Source: an uncultured delta proteobacterium
GTDB taxonomy: Bacteria > Myxococcota_A > Polyangia > Haliangiales > Haliangiaceae
Assembly (NCBI GenBank): GCA_963764695.1
Contig: CAVXTW010000015.1
Location: 477,845 to 509,682, forward strand
Reading direction: 5' to 3'
DNA: 31,838 nucleotides
Part shown: positions 29,970 to 31,838 of the stretch, piece by piece
Layout of the letters: each line of letters begins with the position of its first letter
Position numbering within the stretch: the first letter of the stretch is position 1
Notes under the pieces: model-generated
Told to the model about the DNA's origin: nothing
The model's database searches: none
What the model saw: the letters and a program-made list of their open reading frames with translations, nothing else
Position numbers and translations under genes: made by a program

Positions 29970-31013
29970 TCAGAGCCCCGCGGCGGCGAAGGTGGCGGTG
30001 TGGAACGCCAGGCTGTCGTCGATCCGGTCCTTCCAGAAGGCCCAGTCGTGGCGGCCCGGCAGGAGCGTGTAGCTGTGTCGGACGCCGCCGCGAGCCAGGA
30101 CGTCGTGCAGGTAGGCGGCGTGGTTCTGCAGCAAGTAGTCGTCCTCGGTGCCGCAGTCGATGTAGATGGCGAGATCGCCGTCGCGAAGCTCTGCCGCCAG
30201 GGTCGCCGGGTCGTGGGCTCGCCAGTTCTTGGGGTCCGGGCCGAAGATGCCGCGCACCCAGCGACCGAACGACCCGGCATTCACGCCCCACTGCGAGACA
30301 TCCTTGAGGAGGGCAACTCGTGCCGCGTCATAGGGGTGCGGTCCCTGGTAGAAGAGCGCGACGATACCGGAGTGGCTGGCCGCCGAGGAAAACAAATCCC
30401 GGTGACGCATCGCGAGTGACAGCGCGCCGAAGCCGCCCATCGAGAGACCCGTGATGGCACGACCCCGCCGCTCGGCGACGGTCCGGTAGCGAGCGTCAAC
30501 CTCGGTGATCAGGTCGCGGACGATGTAGTCCTCGTAGTCAGCCTTGTGGACGCAGGTGCTGGCGCGCGGCGACTGTTCCTCGAACGGAGAGTCCCCGGCC
30601 ATGCATTGCTCGTAGCGGGCAGGGGCTGCCGAGTTGGCGTAGAAGCCGGCATCGCCGTCCGGCATCACCACGATCGCCTGCAACCGCAGTCGGTCGGCAG
30701 CCCCGGCCAGGTCGCCATGTTCGAGCCAGTTCGACTCATCGCCGCTGATGCCGTGGAGCAGGTAGACGACCGGATAGCGCCGATCGCTCTCGGCGTACCC
30801 GGCTGGCAGGTAGACCCGATAGCTCTTGTCAACCCCGAGCGAGGCCGAGCGAAACGTCTGCGTGGCGACCGTTGCAGGCCCGCCGGCGACCGGTGCGGCC
30901 CGGCCTGGCGGGGCTGCCGGCGTCGTCGCCGCCGGCCCTGGTGACGACTCCCCACAGGCGACGAGGGACACGAACAGGGCAAGGCAGACGAGCCGGGCGA
31001 GGCAGGCGCGCAC
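29970..31013 (-). CDS. esterase-family (PF00756-like) serine hydrolase lipoprotein
   Basis: Start taken at GTG 31013 (VRACLARLVCLALFVSLVACG, lipobox LVAC). GLSMGGFGAL nucleophile elbow and HGISGDESNW motif. The listed start 31073 lies inside a palindrome. Confidence 0.75.
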   Translation of the reverse strand: MRACLARLVCLALFVSLVACGESSPGPAATTPAAPPGRAAPVAGGPATVATQTFRSASLGVDKSYRVYLPAGYAESDRRYPVVYLLHGISGDESNWLEHGDLAGAADRLRLQAIVVMPDGDAGFYANSAAPARYEQCMAGDSPFEEQSPRASTCVHKADYEDYIVRDLITEVDARYRTVAERRGRAITGLSMGGFGALSLAMRHRDLFSSAASHSGIVALFYQGPHPYDAARVALLKDVSQWGVNAGSFGRWVRGIFGPDPKNWRAHDPATLAAELRDGDLAIYIDCGTEDDYLLQNHAAYLHDVLARGGVRHSYTLLPGRHDWAFWKDRIDDSLAFHTATFAAAGL

Positions 31014-31049
31014 GCCTGACCCTACTACGGACAGTCTGGACTGTGAGCT

Positions 31050-31071
31050 GATGTCAAATATGTTTGACATC
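31050..31071. promoter_or_regulatory. 22-bp palindrome GATGTCAAA-TATG-TTTGACATC (operator candidate, box 1)
   Basis: Perfect 9-bp arms read directly; contains TTGACA. Confidence 0.55.
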
Positions 31072-31095
31072 ACCTTCTCGAGACCGCACTATCGG

Positions 31096-31117
31096 CATGT
31101 CAAAAATCTTTAACACG
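31096..31117. promoter_or_regulatory. related palindrome CATGTCAAA-AATC-TTTAACACG (box 2)
   Basis: Same ATGTCAAA-N4-TTTgACA architecture 46 bp downstream of box 1, immediately upstream of the GGAGAA RBS/GTG 31137. Confidence 0.5.
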
Positions 31118-31136
31118 CAGCATCGGAGAACGATCC

Positions 31137-31559
31137 GTGGCATTCCAGGAAAAGTCGGCGTGGATCATGTCCCTCGCCCTGCTCGTGGGCGGCGTCTTCT
31201 ACTTCGGCGTCGTGGCCCTGATGTCGTCGGCGATCGGCAGGCTGGCGCCCCCGATCCTGCCGGTCGTCGCCGTGTACACCGGCATTCTGGTCCTCATCGC
31301 GATCGTCGGCCACATCGTCGCCGCGGTCCTCGCGCCTCGCGATGCCGGCGCGCCGGTCGATGAGCGCGACCGCGCAGTCACCACGCGAGCCGGCCACCGC
31401 TCCGGCTACGTCTTCGGCGCCGGCGCGATCCTGTCGCTCGGGTTCTACCTCTTCAGCTACGACGGAAACGTCCTCTTCTACGGCGTCTTCGCCAGCCTCA
31501 TGATCAGCCAGCTGGTCGAGTACGGCACGCAGATCTATCTCTACCGGACGACCGTGTAG
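31137..31559 (+). CDS. small multi-TM membrane protein (partner of XRE regulator; DUF2975/YoaS-like)
   Basis: GTG after GGAGAA at 6 nt; product has 3-4 hydrophobic helices. Confidence 0.6.
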   Translation: MAFQEKSAWIMSLALLVGGVFYFGVVALMSSAIGRLAPPILPVVAVYTGILVLIAIVGHIVAAVLAPRDAGAPVDERDRAVTTRAGHRSGYVFGAGAILSLGFYLFSYDGNVLFYGVFASLMISQLVEYGTQIYLYRTTV

Positions 31560-31563
31560 GGCG

Positions 31564-31779
31564 ATGGCTCGCCGGCTGCCGATCGCCAACCGCGTGCGCG
31601 AGCTCCGCGAGCGACATGGAAGCATGACGCAAGCAGAGCTGGGCGAGGCCATCGGGGTCACGCGCCAGACGATCATCGCCATCGAACAGCGGCGATACTC
31701 GCCCTCGCTGGAGAGCGCCTTCCGCATCGCCCGCGTGTTCGACCTGGGCGTGGACGACGTGTTCACCTGGGACGAATGA
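31564..31779 (+). CDS. XRE-family helix-turn-helix transcriptional regulator (YozG-like)
   Basis: MTQAELGEAIGVTRQTIIAIEQRRYSPSLESAFRIARVF is a classic Cro/C1 HTH; starts 5 nt after the membrane-protein stop. Confidence 0.8.
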   Translation: MARRLPIANRVRELRERHGSMTQAELGEAIGVTRQTIIAIEQRRYSPSLESAFRIARVFDLGVDDVFTWDE

Positions 31780-31838
31780 GCGCCGACCAGGGCGTGACCA
31801 GGCCGGGCTATCGGGCGCGCTCGCTCAGGCCGTCCGGG
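31776..31838 (+). CDS. 5' end of a further ORF overlapping the regulator stop (ATGA); partial, product unknown
   Basis: ATG 31776 overlaps TGA 31777-31779; reads MSADQGVTRPGYRARSLRPSG to the window end. Confidence 0.3.
   Translation, partial: MSADQGVTRPGYRARSLRPSG

Noticed and set aside
31046-31073. Mirror-image peptides MSNIFDIS (minus) / MSNMFDIT (plus) at apparent ORF starts
   Set aside because: Both are read-throughs of the same DNA palindrome, not real N-termini; the esterase start was moved to GTG 31013.

Overview
High-GC (~70%) bacterial chromosomal window. The gene content suggests Myxococcota (repetitive Pro/Ala-rich proteins, many lipoproteins, an MshEN-HEAT multidomain protein); this is an impression, not a measurement. 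About 30 genes are resolvable by reading the six-frame track: tsaB (-); a Pro-rich repeat protein and thrC (+); a minus-strand run rpsU-prmA-rsmE-RDD-giant MshEN/HEAT protein; a small promoter-proximal ORF followed by two M16-peptidase homologs and a DUF4105 protein (+); a DeoR/GlpR-type repressor divergent from a glycerol/polyol-type ABC uptake operon (SBP, two MalK-like ATPases, two permeases, a small membrane protein) and a Zn-dependent polyol/alcohol dehydrogenase; a DsbA/FrnE-like thiol-disulfide oxidoreductase gene with an in-frame TGA exactly at the first Cys of its CPWC motif (candidate selenoprotein, -); a Uma2-family endonuclease (+); an MFS drug exporter (-); a lipoprotein PL1 pectate lyase (-); an MBL-fold hydrolase with an unrecognised N-terminal domain (+); an esterase lipoprotein (-); and a membrane-protein/XRE-regulator pair preceded by two 22-bp palindromes. 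No rRNA, tRNA, CRISPR or obvious mobile element was seen. A recurring oddity is that at least five genes (ABC ATPase 2, permease 1, the DsbA-like gene, pectate lyase, the MBL protein) show single-nucleotide frame breaks, and PrmA homology extends upstream of any canonical start codon. This looks like uncorrected assembly indels rather than genuine pseudogenes, but real gene decay cannot be excluded from sequence alone. No similarity search or RNA folding was run; all calls rest on motifs recognised by eye in the translations.
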